Origin: Clostridia bacterium
Lineage (GTDB): Bacteria > Bacillota > Clostridia > Christensenellales > UBA1242
Length of the DNA: 43,740 bases
Direction: 5' to 3'
Assembly (NCBI GenBank): GCA_045601705.1
Contig: JAZSAE010000017.1
Location: 1 to 43,740 of the forward strand
The translations under genes were made by a program, and so were the position numbers. This document shows, piece by piece, positions 1-11,828 of this stretch. Under the pieces are notes generated by a model. That model ran no database searches, was not told the origin of the DNA, and saw only the letters and a program-made list of their open reading frames with translations. Each line of letters begins with the position of its first letter. Position 1 is the stretch's first letter.

Positions 1-624
1 ATGAAAAAAGTTTTCATTGAATGTTTTAGAATAATTGAAGATGGAAGGTTTTTAATTGTAAATGTGTCGCCTGTTATAACCAAAAGACCAGGTAGAGAAT
101 TTGAAAGTATCAGATATCCCATCCATTTTGATTTTCACAAAATTTTACAAGAAGCAGGTTTTTATTTTATAGATGAAATAATTTGGATTAAACCAGAACC
201 TTGTGTTAAAAACCGTATAGGTGGATATCAACAAACAAGAAAAGCTTTAAGTTATAAACCTAATTGTATAACTGAAAGTATCATGGTTTATAGAAAGAAA
301 TGTGATTTCTTATTAGATAAAAATATAAATCAGTATAAAGATTATGATAAATTTTCTAATGAAAACATAGATACAAACAACTGTTGGTATATTACTCCAA
401 AAAGCGATAAAGACCACCCTGCAGTCTTTCCTGAAGAATTATGTCGTAGAATTTTAAAATACTATTCTTTCGAAGGAGATGCTGTATTGGACCCATTTGC
501 AGGTTCAGGAACTTTTGGAAATGTCGCAGACAAAATGAATCGTGTGCCAGTTATGTGTGAGATGGATGAAAATTATATAAAATTAATTACAGGAGGAAAA
601 ATTAATTATGACATTCGAAAATGA
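1..624 (+). CDS. DNA methyltransferase, N4-C/N6-A beta class (probably 5'-truncated by the window edge)
   Basis: C-terminal motif I VLDPFAGSGT, HPAVFPEEL and the EIIWIKP segment are typical of beta-class MTases. Motif IV (SPPY/DPPY) is not present, so it probably lies upstream of position 1. Overlaps the start of the next gene. Confidence 0.88.
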   Translation: MKKVFIECFRIIEDGRFLIVNVSPVITKRPGREFESIRYPIHFDFHKILQEAGFYFIDEIIWIKPEPCVKNRIGGYQQTRKALSYKPNCITESIMVYRKKCDFLLDKNINQYKDYDKFSNENIDTNNCWYITPKSDKDHPAVFPEELCRRILKYYSFEGDAVLDPFAGSGTFGNVADKMNRVPVMCEMDENYIKLITGGKINYDIRK

Positions 625-1477
625 TGTTATTGAAAAAACCATAGACAAATTAATAAAAGGTCTAGATTATAGGGAAGAAGTTATTCGCTCTATTAATGCT
701 GTTTTTCTTGATTTTACAATTGACTTTTTTAAAAAGATTGTAGCTGCAAAAATGGAATCGGAAGATATCACTTTAGAATGGTATAAAAAGTATTTTATAA
801 ATTCTGATAATTTTAGTGCAGATGAAGCAGCTATTTATGCAGGTATCAATAAAAAAACAATCACAAATATATATGGAACCGCAAACAAAGAAGTAGTTCT
901 AAATGTTGCAAATGAAAATTTTGAATATTTAAGCACTTTAATTAACGAATTGGAAAACGATTCAAATTCTGGATTAGCGATTTCAATAAAAATATCTTAT
1001 AATAATATTACAGTTGACTTGTCTTTATCTGAAAGCTTACTTGTAATTAATGCACTTGCAACAAAGAAAATACAGATTCGAGGCGGAGCATGGAGTTCTA
1101 TTGGTAAAAAGGTTGAAAAACCATTGATTGATAAACTATGTGAATTGGTTGGAATTCCAAAAAACAATATTGATAATAGTCATTTTAAAAAAGATAGAAA
1201 CAAATCTTTTGACAGAGAGGTTGACTACAAATTAATATCTAAAAACAGTAAAATATATAGAATTGAAGTAAAATTAATGGGCAAAGGTAATCCAGAGAGT
1301 GCGGATGCAACAATAGCTAGAGACTCTGATATTTTTGTTGCTGACACTTTAAGCGAACAAAATTGTAAGCAATTGGAATCGAGAGAAGTTAAATATCTAA
1401 TTTTAAAAGGTCAGACAGATACAATTAATAATTTTAAAACAATATTAAACGAATTAAACATTCCTTATACTAAATAA
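608..1477 (+). CDS. Type II restriction endonuclease, CfrBI-like family
   Basis: PD-(D/E)XK-like core EVDYK...RIEVKLMGKGNPE and a GGAWSSIGKKVEK segment that I recall from the CfrBI family. SD AGGAGG upstream and coupled to the MTase. Confidence 0.75.
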   Translation: MTFENDVIEKTIDKLIKGLDYREEVIRSINAVFLDFTIDFFKKIVAAKMESEDITLEWYKKYFINSDNFSADEAAIYAGINKKTITNIYGTANKEVVLNVANENFEYLSTLINELENDSNSGLAISIKISYNNITVDLSLSESLLVINALATKKIQIRGGAWSSIGKKVEKPLIDKLCELVGIPKNNIDNSHFKKDRNKSFDREVDYKLISKNSKIYRIEVKLMGKGNPESADATIARDSDIFVADTLSEQNCKQLESREVKYLILKGQTDTINNFKTILNELNIPYTK

Positions 1478-1484
1478 TTCTAGT

Positions 1485-1520
1485 AAAAAAAAGCACATCA
1501 TTAATTGAAGTGCTTTTTTT
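1485..1520. terminator. Bidirectional intrinsic terminator between the R-M locus and gap
   Basis: A8-GCAC.TCA-loop-TGA.GTGC-T7 inverted repeat between convergent genes. Confidence 0.8.
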
Positions 1521-1578
1521 ACACTAGTTTCAAATCGGTTAGACTAATTTCCAGTCTTTTATTTTTGATTAAACTTGT

Positions 1579-3542
<1,964 letters not shown>

Positions 3543-3548
3543 ATATAT

Positions 3549-3628
3549 ATGATACCCATAAGATACCTTTTCGGCAAATTATTTTTCACTGATAAAACCT
3601 TGCCGAAGCCCAATTTAAGTATTATAAT
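3549..3628. promoter_or_regulatory. Divergent sigmaA-type promoters directly abutting the start codons
   Basis: Minus strand: TTGCCG-17-TATCAT-6-ATG(3542). Plus strand: TTGCCG-17-TATAAT-8-ATG(3637). Confidence 0.75.
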
Positions 3629-3636
3629 TTGCTGTT

Positions 3637-3888
3637 ATGTTAAACGTTTGGGCAAAAATTATTATCGACCACAAAGTAAAGGAAAGTGTTGTTGTGGAAA
3701 TTGACCCTGACAATTTTTATGAAGGTGTGACACAGATTGCTAGTGCCTTAAAAATTCCTACACCCGTTATCACTCAATCGCAAGTGGACCATTTTTTAGA
3801 ATTCAATCTCTTAAAATTAAAACAACGAGACTTTATTGAAAGTATCCCCTTTGATTTTTTGGAATTTAATGCTATTATTGAAAAATAA
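3637..3888 (+). CDS. Small hypothetical protein, first gene of the mnmEG operon
   Basis: 83-aa ORF with a promoter upstream. Its stop overlaps the mnmE start (TAATG). Confidence 0.75.
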   Translation: MLNVWAKIIIDHKVKESVVVEIDPDNFYEGVTQIASALKIPTPVITQSQVDHFLEFNLLKLKQRDFIESIPFDFLEFNAIIEK

Positions 3889-5165
3889 TGAAAACAATTG
3901 TTGGTATTGCTACTCCGATGGGTTTTGGTGGTGTTGGAATCGTCCGTCTTTCTGGTCCAGACGCACTCACCATTGTTTCAAAAATGTTTAATCGTCCTTT
4001 GCAACCTCGTTATGCAACATTAGGGACTTTAAGTGGCGAAAATTTTACTGATACTGTTTTGGCAATCTACTTCCCTGCACCTCATAGTTTTACAGGTGAA
4101 GATGTTGTTGAAATTCAAGCACACGGTGGTTGGCACTTAATCAACCGAATTATGCAAACAACAATTCAACACGGTGCAACACCAGCCGAACCTGGTGAAT
4201 TTACTCGGATTGCCGTTTTGAATAACAAAATGACATTGACTCAAGCCGAAAGTAGTTTAGATTTAATTCACGCTGAATCTGATGCCGAATTACAAAATGC
4301 TTCACGCTTAATGTCAGGAGATTTAGAAAAACTCGTACAACAAATTGAGAACAATTTAATCGAAGTCCGTGCACAAATTGATGCTTATTTGGACTACCCT
4401 GAAGATTTGGAATCGCCTGATTTACCGATGTCACAAATCAATGAAATTAAAGCAACAATCAATCGATTATTAACAACTGCAAATCACGGACAAATTATCA
4501 AAAACGGAATTAATGTTTGTTTAATTGGTTGTCCAAATGCTGGTAAAAGTAGTTTATTCAATGCCTTAATCGGAGATAACCGTAGCATTGTAACCGATAT
4601 TGCCGGAACAACTACGGACACAATTTCCGAAAAAATTACTTATCAAGGAATTAAAATCAATCTGATTGATACGGCTGGCATTCGTGAAAATGCAACTTCC
4701 TTAATCGAAGCACAAGGAATTGCTCGTGCAAAAACCATCCTACAAGAGGCTGATATTTTATTGATTATTGTCGATGCAACAACACGTCAAATGGTTGACT
4801 TTCCGAAAGATAAAAAACACATTATTGTTTACAACAAAAGTGACCTCTGTCCTGATACACCAAATGATGGTATTGCTGTTTCGGCGAAGACTGGTAAAAA
4901 TATTGAATTATTATTAATAGCAATTGTCAAAATGGCAACCCAAACAGCACCGTCCAGTAGTAGTGTTTATCTTACAAACGAACGACAAACCAATTTATTA
5001 CGTCAAGCAAATCAGCTATTATGTGAAATCAATACGGAACAACCATTAGACCAAATTTCAGCAAACATAACATTGGCTTTAAGTTATATTGGTAAGATTA
5101 CTGGAACAGATATTGATGAACGCACATTAGACGAAATTTTTTCAAAATTTTGTCTTGGAAAATAG
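3888..5165 (+). CDS. mnmE: tRNA modification GTPase MnmE
   Basis: APHSFTGEDVVE, GCPNAGKSS, DTAG, NKSD and C-terminal FSKFCLGK. Confidence 0.97.
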   Translation: MKTIVGIATPMGFGGVGIVRLSGPDALTIVSKMFNRPLQPRYATLGTLSGENFTDTVLAIYFPAPHSFTGEDVVEIQAHGGWHLINRIMQTTIQHGATPAEPGEFTRIAVLNNKMTLTQAESSLDLIHAESDAELQNASRLMSGDLEKLVQQIENNLIEVRAQIDAYLDYPEDLESPDLPMSQINEIKATINRLLTTANHGQIIKNGINVCLIGCPNAGKSSLFNALIGDNRSIVTDIAGTTTDTISEKITYQGIKINLIDTAGIRENATSLIEAQGIARAKTILQEADILLIIVDATTRQMVDFPKDKKHIIVYNKSDLCPDTPNDGIAVSAKTGKNIELLLIAIVKMATQTAPSSSSVYLTNERQTNLLRQANQLLCEINTEQPLDQISANITLALSYIGKITGTDIDERTLDEIFSKFCLGK

Positions 5166-5174
5166 GAGGATACC

Positions 5175-6938
5175 ATGCAGAAAGAATACGATATAGTTGT
5201 AATTGGTGCTGGGCACGCAGGTTGTGAAGCAGCCGTTGCTGCGGCAAAATTAGGCAAAAAAGTTTTACTGACAACATTACACGAAAAAAGCATTGGAATG
5301 CTCCCCTGTAATCCATCTATTGGTGGCACAGCCAAAGGACATTTAGTTTGTGAAATTGACGCTCTCGGTGGAATTATGGGAATTCTAGCCGACAAAGCAG
5401 CAATTCAAATTAGAATGTTAAATGCTGCCAAAGGGCCAGCTGTCCGAAGTTTGCGTGCACAAATTGACAAAGAACTTTATCATCAAGTAATGGTTGAATT
5501 ACTTAACCAAACACCAAACCTAACTTTGGCAATTGGTGAAGTCAATGGTATCACTTGGCAAGATGACAAAGTAACGGGTGTAATTTTCCAAGGCGAACAA
5601 ATTAAATGCCAAGCTGTAATTGTCGCTACCGGTACATATTTAAAAAGTAAAACTTTCGTCGGTAAAGTTGTCAAAGACGAAGGTCCGGCAGGTTTACCAA
5701 ATGCAACTACACTCGAACAATCTTTCATTGATATGGGAATTGAAATTCGTCGTTTTAAAACTGGAACTCCGGCACGTGTCGATATTGACTCGATTGATTA
5801 CAGTCAAACAGAAATTCAAAATGGAGATGATAACATACGCGCTTTTTCCTTTTTGGCAACACAGCCAATTAAAAACGTATGTCCGTGCTACTTAACTTAT
5901 ACTAACGAAACGACACACCAAATCATTCGTGAACACATTAAAGAATCAGCAATGTATAGTGGTTTAATTGTTGGAGTTGGTCCACGCTACTGCCCCAGCA
6001 TTGAAGATAAAATTACTCGTTTTGCTGACCGTACACGCCATCAGACTTTCTTAGAACGCGAAAGTATGTCAAGTCGTGAAATCTATTTACAAGGACTGTC
6101 CAGTTCATTACCAGCATCTGTACAAGACCAATTCATTCACAGCATTAAAGGCTTAGAAAAAGCAAACATCATCCGTTCAGGTTATGCCATTGAATATACT
6201 TGCATCAATCCATTAGAATTATTAGCCACATTACGTCACAAACGTTATCGTGGTCTTTATTGCGCTGGCCAAATTAACGGCACAAGTGGTTATGAAGAAG
6301 CTGCTGCCCAAGGTTTGGTCGCAAGTATCAATGCTGTCCGTGAAATGGACAACCTAACACCTTTAATTTTATCACGTACCAATTCTTACATTGGAGTTTT
6401 AATTGATGACTTGACGACGGAAGGAACATTAGAACCCTACCGTATGTTTACAGCTCGTGCCGAATATCGCTTGTCATTACGTCAAGATAATGCCGATGCA
6501 CGCTTAACCCCGATTGGACGCGAAATGGGCTTGGTCGATGACTATCGCTACGAAGTCTTCCAAAAGAAACAAGCGCACTTGGAAAAGATTCGTCAAATGG
6601 TAACACCAAAAATTCGCCAAGAAGTTGCGAAACAAGAACATACTTTAAGCGAATTCATCACTGACCAACCCAAAGATTTACTCGACCAAATTACAACTGA
6701 AATCAAATATGCCGGTTACATTGCGCGTGAGCAATCGGCAATCAACGAAATCAAACGCCAAGAGGCCACCCTACTCTCACCAGATATGGACTACTCCAAA
6801 GTTGCTGGCTTACGCCGTGAATCACAAATCAAGTTGGACCAAATTAAACCCTTGAACATAGGTCAAGCCGCACGCATTTCGGGGGTAACTCCGGCCGACA
6901 TTACCGTGTTATTAATTCACTTGCGTAAACAAGGCTAG
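5175..6938 (+). CDS. mnmG: tRNA uridine-5-carboxymethylaminomethyl synthesis enzyme MnmG (GidA)
   Basis: GAGHAGCEAA, CNPSIGG, GPRYCPSIEDK and GQINGTSGYEEAAAQG. SD AGGAGG. Confidence 0.98.
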   Translation: MQKEYDIVVIGAGHAGCEAAVAAAKLGKKVLLTTLHEKSIGMLPCNPSIGGTAKGHLVCEIDALGGIMGILADKAAIQIRMLNAAKGPAVRSLRAQIDKELYHQVMVELLNQTPNLTLAIGEVNGITWQDDKVTGVIFQGEQIKCQAVIVATGTYLKSKTFVGKVVKDEGPAGLPNATTLEQSFIDMGIEIRRFKTGTPARVDIDSIDYSQTEIQNGDDNIRAFSFLATQPIKNVCPCYLTYTNETTHQIIREHIKESAMYSGLIVGVGPRYCPSIEDKITRFADRTRHQTFLERESMSSREIYLQGLSSSLPASVQDQFIHSIKGLEKANIIRSGYAIEYTCINPLELLATLRHKRYRGLYCAGQINGTSGYEEAAAQGLVASINAVREMDNLTPLILSRTNSYIGVLIDDLTTEGTLEPYRMFTARAEYRLSLRQDNADARLTPIGREMGLVDDYRYEVFQKKQAHLEKIRQMVTPKIRQEVAKQEHTLSEFITDQPKDLLDQITTEIKYAGYIAREQSAINEIKRQEATLLSPDMDYSKVAGLRRESQIKLDQIKPLNIGQAARISGVTPADITVLLIHLRKQG

Positions 6939-6943
6939 AATTT

Positions 6944-7573
6944 TTAACATTCAATGTAATCAATGTTAATTAATTGACCTTCATTAAATTCAAGCTTGTA
7001 GATACTCGGATTTTTTGGTTTCCCATTTAATAGCATTTTATTTTGATATTTTATTTTAAATATTTTGCCATCATACGAGAAACAATCACTAACAGATTGA
7101 AGATAGGAAAGTAAAATAATACCGTGCATAACAACAGCGATATTATCAACATTTGTTTTTATGAAGTCGTTAATGAACGATTGAAATCTTTTATCAACCT
7201 CATTCAAAGATTCACCAGCTTCCATTTTAAAATCTTTATTTACAAAAGATGTTTGGGTAAAATCTGCTGGTATTTCTTTAAGGTATTTGACACCAAATTC
7301 GCGTTCATCAATTCTTGAATCTAGTTTAATTTTTAAACCATTTCTTTCTGCAAGGTATTTTGCTGTTTGAATTGCACGAGGAGAATTACTAGCATAAAGA
7401 GCTTGAATGTTTTTTAATTCATCAACTTCACATAGTTTTCTTGCATTTTCTTCACCCTTAGGGGATAAAATCATATTTCGATTAAATTCTGACCACAATA
7501 CCTCGTCATTATTATCATAATTTTCAATTTCAATAAAAGGTGCTGAATGCCGAATCAAATAGATAGTTTTCAC
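6944..7573 (-). CDS. Histidine phosphatase (phosphoglycerate mutase-like) family protein
   Basis: IYLIRHS (RHG variant), SPRAIQTA, EREFG, GESL and VVMHG. Start moved to GTG 7573, which lies 6 nt after a TATCTT -10-like box. Confidence 0.85.
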   Translation of the reverse strand: MKTIYLIRHSAPFIEIENYDNNDEVLWSEFNRNMILSPKGEENARKLCEVDELKNIQALYASNSPRAIQTAKYLAERNGLKIKLDSRIDEREFGVKYLKEIPADFTQTSFVNKDFKMEAGESLNEVDKRFQSFINDFIKTNVDNIAVVMHGIILLSYLQSVSDCFSYDGKIFKIKYQNKMLLNGKPKNPSIYKLEFNEGQLINIDYIEC

Positions 7574-7610
7574 ATAATCAAGATACACTATCAAAATAGT
7601 ATCTCAAACT

Positions 7611-7638
7611 AAAAAAGAGCCGGAGCGGCTCTTTTTTT
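7611..7638. terminator. Intrinsic terminator
   Basis: A6-GAGCCG-GAG-CGGCTC-T7 hairpin downstream of the 7648-8193 gene. Confidence 0.85.
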
Positions 7639-7647
7639 AAACTAACA

Positions 7648-8193
7648 TTATAATTCTTTCAAGCGTTGGGTTAATAAGTTTTTGGTTGTGCCTGTTTTCA
7701 TTTTGGAAACAAAGTCAAACAATAGAATGGTTTGTTTGTGGTTTAATGTTGCTTTCTTGGTACCGGTTTTGCCCATTGATAAAGCAAAGACAGCATCAAC
7801 AACAGCGTGCATACGTTCAGCAAAATCGCCGGTTGGATTGTTTTTAACCATTTTTAAAATGTCTTCGGCTTCGTTAATTTTTGATGCCACAATCAATGAT
7901 GCCAAGAATTGTAAGTTAGCACCAGTACAGCTATCTTCACTGCTACCATAAATCAATTTCAACAATGCTGGATTACTTAGAACAGCAGCACGTAATTTGC
8001 TTTCAGAAACACTTTCCAAAATATTGAAAATATCTTCGCCAGCAAAAGCATTGATATCTTTAATCAATTTGTATTCCCACAAATCAATTGCCATTGTGAA
8101 ATCAATGGTTGCCAACTCTTTTAAAGCCAAAGCACCACCTTGATTTCCAATTTGTACCATTAAATCATATTTACGAATTTCTTTATTGTTCAT
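7648..8193 (-). CDS. Hypothetical all-alpha protein
   Basis: 181-aa ORF with host-like codon use. Own promoter (TTGCAA-17-TATAAT-7-ATG) and own terminator. Confidence 0.8.
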   Translation of the reverse strand: MNNKEIRKYDLMVQIGNQGGALALKELATIDFTMAIDLWEYKLIKDINAFAGEDIFNILESVSESKLRAAVLSNPALLKLIYGSSEDSCTGANLQFLASLIVASKINEAEDILKMVKNNPTGDFAERMHAVVDAVFALSMGKTGTKKATLNHKQTILLFDFVSKMKTGTTKNLLTQRLKEL

Positions 8194-8214
8194 AGCTTAT
8201 ATTATAAACAATTT

Positions 8215-9783
8215 TTATTTTTCTTGCAAGAGTTTCAAGTAGTCTTCTGGATTTGCAACAGCCAAATATAAATACAAACGTGGACCTGCATCACGACCAA
8301 ACAACATATTGTAGAAAATTTTAAAGTATGTTTGTTGACGTTGTTGATTTTCTTTTTTGGTTAATTCTGGTTTGTTAATAATTTCATATAAGAAATTTTG
8401 GATTTCGCTTTCACTATGTGTTGTTTTTAAGAACTCAGCCAACTTCGCCAAAACACCTTTTTGTTCATCATTTAAAGTTGCATAATAATCTTGATTGAAT
8501 GATGGTAATAATTTATAAATACGGTCCGGTTGATAATTTTCCAACCAGAATTTTACCTTCGCGAAACGTTCTTCAAAATTACCCAACGCAGTAATACCAG
8601 CCTGTTGTAACATTTTTAATGTCAAAGCTTGGTTAAACCCAGTCAACGGTGCAACGGTCGCTAAAGTACTAAAATTAACACGGTTACCTTTACTATTTGG
8701 CATTAAGCATAAGTCGAAAACTGAACGATCATATTCTGGCATACTATTTGGATCAGTTAAATATTTTTCTAAATTACGGTCGAATTCCATATAATGACGA
8801 ATAATTGTATCGTCGAAACCAAAATCAAAAGCATCACCTACCGGATATTTTGCATAAAGATAACGTAAAATTTCTGGTTCATAAACTTTTAATAATTGAT
8901 TAGGTGTAATATTTATTCCAGTACTACTGTGCATATTTCCCAAACCACGAATACCAACCCAAGCATAACACGTTGATGCTGGTGGTTCGATACCAAAAAT
9001 TTCACGAGCAATACGTGAACACACATCATAACTACCACCTTCACTATGATGGTCAATACCGGCTGCTTCAAAGCAAACATTTTCGGCTTGCCAACGCATT
9101 GGCCAGTCCACCTTCCAAACTAACTTAATGTTATTTGCCGTTTTTACATCGACACTATGTTGATGTCCACACTTACATTGATACGTTAAAACATCGGTTT
9201 CTTCATTAAAACCTAAAACTGTTGTGTCGTCTTTACCACAAACCGGACAATAAACTGCGACTGGATAATAATTTTCACGTTCGCCTTCACCACCATCTTG
9301 CGTTTTGAAAGACATAATAATGTCATAAATTTGTTTACGCTTTTTAATTGCTTCGGCAATTGCTTTTCCATAACGGCCACTACGGTATTCGTCAGCTTGG
9401 TAAATAACTTGAACTGGAATTTCGTTCATACCTAATTGTGGTAAAGCATTTTCAAATTCACGTTCAAAATACTTGGCACTACTTTCCCCTTCACTGTAAG
9501 GTGATGGAATTTCCACATAAGGCTTACCGATGTGCACAACATATTCGGCCGGAAAGTTTTTGGGAACTTTACGGAAACGGTCAAATTCGTCCCATGAAAA
9601 AATTTCACGAACTTTTTTACCCTTACTTTGTAAAACTTTTGCCACATAGTATTGCGTAATAAATTCACGATAGTTACCGATATGAACACTACCCGACGGC
9701 GAAATACCACTGGCAACAACGTATTCTTCTTGATTCGGATATTTCTTTAAAATTTCTTCTGCTAATTCATAACTCCAATGCAT
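8215..9783 (-). CDS. lysS: Lysine--tRNA ligase, class I
   Basis: SGISPSGSVHIGNYRE (HIGH-like), CPVCG/CKCGH Zn knuckles, KLVWKVDWPMRW, degenerate KMSKS (NMHSSTG) and GPRL. Confidence 0.95.
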   Translation of the reverse strand: MHWSYELAEEILKKYPNQEEYVVASGISPSGSVHIGNYREFITQYYVAKVLQSKGKKVREIFSWDEFDRFRKVPKNFPAEYVVHIGKPYVEIPSPYSEGESSAKYFEREFENALPQLGMNEIPVQVIYQADEYRSGRYGKAIAEAIKKRKQIYDIIMSFKTQDGGEGERENYYPVAVYCPVCGKDDTTVLGFNEETDVLTYQCKCGHQHSVDVKTANNIKLVWKVDWPMRWQAENVCFEAAGIDHHSEGGSYDVCSRIAREIFGIEPPASTCYAWVGIRGLGNMHSSTGINITPNQLLKVYEPEILRYLYAKYPVGDAFDFGFDDTIIRHYMEFDRNLEKYLTDPNSMPEYDRSVFDLCLMPNSKGNRVNFSTLATVAPLTGFNQALTLKMLQQAGITALGNFEERFAKVKFWLENYQPDRIYKLLPSFNQDYYATLNDEQKGVLAKLAEFLKTTHSESEIQNFLYEIINKPELTKKENQQRQQTYFKIFYNMLFGRDAGPRLYLYLAVANPEDYLKLLQEK

Positions 9784-9789
9784 AAAGAC

Positions 9790-9818
9790 AATATATAATT
9801 TTTTTTACAAAAATGCAA
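9790..9818 (-). promoter_or_regulatory. sigmaA promoter for lysS (leaderless geometry)
   Basis: TTGCAT-17-TATATT-6-ATG. Confidence 0.7.
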
Positions 9819-9829
9819 ATATTATCACT

Positions 9830-10960
9830 ATGGCTGATAATAATCAACAAAAACCACAACGTGGATTAGCTGAACCACCAACCGGTCAAGTTCTTTTAGG
9901 TCCACGAGAAGGTTTTGTTGAAAATATTGACACAAACATTGAATTCATCAAAAAACGCATTAAAAATAAAGACTTACGATTTGTAACGTTGACTATCGGC
10001 AAATACACACAGACCAAAGTGACGGTAGCTTATATTGACAGTATTGCCGAACCAAATATTGTACAAAGTGTAATTAAACGACTAAAACAAATTAACTGCG
10101 ATGGGATTATTGACAGTTCTTACATTAGCGAATGTTTAAATCCTGACCGTATCGCTTTATACAAGGCTGCTGCTGCCGAAGAAAAACCCGATGTGGTAAC
10201 TTCACGTTTATTAGAAGGTCGTATCGCAATTTTTGTAGATGGTAGCCCTGCTGTTCTAACTATTCCACATTTATTTTTAGAAAACATTCAAAACAGCAAT
10301 GACTACTACAGTGGAAATGCTGGAGTAACAATGAAACGGACGATTCGACTATTGGGTGGTCTTATCGCAATTTTATTACCAGGATTCTTCTTAGCTGTCA
10401 GTTTATATCACCTACCGATTATTCCGTTAAAAACATTAGAATCAATTGCAAATGCAACAGGAAACGATTTATTTCCACCAATTATCGAAATGATTGTTGT
10501 GATTATTCTTTTTGAGATTATTTACGAAGCCACACTTATTATGCCGAAACATTTAGGTTCTGCCATTAGCATCATTGCCGTTTTTGTCGTCGGCGAAGTT
10601 GCTGCGACAGTTGGTTTATTATCTGCACCAACAGTATTAGTAGTAGCAATATCAGGGATTACTTCTTACATTATGCCAAATATGATTGCCCAGATTAGTG
10701 TACTGCGTTTTATCTTTTGTTTAATCGGTGGTTTTTTGGGTTTGTACGGATTAGTTGCCGGCTTTATTGTTCTACTGGTTTACACAGCAGGCATTGACCA
10801 TTACGGTGCACCATATTTAGCACCATTCAGTCCTTATATTCCCGATGACCAAAAAGATGCTTTAAACAAAGCACCTTTCCCCGAAATGATTGAAAGACCA
10901 CAAAGTATACCCAACCAAAATCCGATTCGCCAAAAAACAATGGAGGCCGAAAATGAGTAA
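9830..10960 (+). CDS. Spore germination receptor subunit A (GerAA/GerKA family), N-terminally shortened
   Basis: EPP...GPREGFVE, EKPDVV..LLEGRIAIFVDGSP, TM region and C-terminal GAPYLAPFSP. Confidence 0.92.
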   Translation: MADNNQQKPQRGLAEPPTGQVLLGPREGFVENIDTNIEFIKKRIKNKDLRFVTLTIGKYTQTKVTVAYIDSIAEPNIVQSVIKRLKQINCDGIIDSSYISECLNPDRIALYKAAAAEEKPDVVTSRLLEGRIAIFVDGSPAVLTIPHLFLENIQNSNDYYSGNAGVTMKRTIRLLGGLIAILLPGFFLAVSLYHLPIIPLKTLESIANATGNDLFPPIIEMIVVIILFEIIYEATLIMPKHLGSAISIIAVFVVGEVAATVGLLSAPTVLVVAISGITSYIMPNMIAQISVLRFIFCLIGGFLGLYGLVAGFIVLLVYTAGIDHYGAPYLAPFSPYIPDDQKDALNKAPFPEMIERPQSIPNQNPIRQKTMEAENE

Positions 10961-11828
10961 CTACCAAAATCATCAAGCGATAAATTTACGACAATTATGC
11001 ACTGGTTATTTTTTATACAGTATTGGGATTAAAGTGTTAACACTACCCTCAGCCTTAGCACAGACAGCCGGAAATTGGGCTTGGGCTTCAGCTTTAATTG
11101 GTGTAATTTTTGAGTGTATTTTAGTTTTTATTGCAAGTTTAATTTTAAGTAAATGCGACAAGCAAAGTAAATTTTTCCGAATTTTATGTTGGTTGTTTGT
11201 CCCCTTGATAATAGTAGAAATTATGGTCACAAGTGTGGAAATTTACCATCTTGCATACACAAGCTTATTTACATCATTAGGAATCACAGTTTTGGTTATT
11301 ACGTTAATTGCCTTGGGTTTGTTTTTTCTTACCCGTCAACCACGTGCTTTATTTCGTGCTGGTGAAATTTTAAAACTATTTTTTGCTTTGGGGTTAATTT
11401 TAGCTATCATTCCAACTTTATACAATATCAAAATAGACTGGCAAGAACTAGTGCAAGGCAATAGTCAACAAATTTTACCAGCAACAGGAATTCACTTACT
11501 TTTTTTTGAAACGGCCACTTTCGTCATTGCTTTTGGCTCAGAAACTCGCAAATCCAATCGTGAAATATGCCGACTCAATTTAACAGCACTACTCTGTGGC
11601 ATTGGTTATTTTGTGTTTATGGTATTGTTCATTTTATTGTTTGGTAATTTAACACAACATCAAACAATGGGTCTAGTGGATATGACAACGGCATCACAAT
11701 TTATTACACATACCGGCAGTCTTGACTGGTTGATTTCAACATCAATTTTGGCAACAATTATTTTACGTTTCGGAATGCAATTAGTCGCTGTTGTCACACT
11801 CGTAAAAAGGGGGTTGAATCGAAAATGA
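10953..11828 (+). CDS. Spore germination receptor subunit B (GerAB/GerKB, APC-like), divergent
   Basis: Multi-TM protein with IGIKVLTLPSALAQTAGNWAW. Second gene of a gerA-type operon. SD GGAGG before ATG 10953. Confidence 0.75.
   Translation: MSNYQNHQAINLRQLCTGYFLYSIGIKVLTLPSALAQTAGNWAWASALIGVIFECILVFIASLILSKCDKQSKFFRILCWLFVPLIIVEIMVTSVEIYHLAYTSLFTSLGITVLVITLIALGLFFLTRQPRALFRAGEILKLFFALGLILAIIPTLYNIKIDWQELVQGNSQQILPATGIHLLFFETATFVIAFGSETRKSNREICRLNLTALLCGIGYFVFMVLFILLFGNLTQHQTMGLVDMTTASQFITHTGSLDWLISTSILATIILRFGMQLVAVVTLVKRGLNRK

Noticed and set aside
3570-3607. Inverted repeat TTCGGCAA...TTGCCGAA as an operator or mobile-element end
   Set aside because: Explained by two divergent promoters with the same -35 hexamer.
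9791-9829. sigmaF/sigmaG promoter for the gerA operon (GCAAATATTA before the ATG)
   Set aside because: The -10-like element is plausible, but no -35 sits at the proper spacing and the region overlaps the lysS promoter. Too weak to call.
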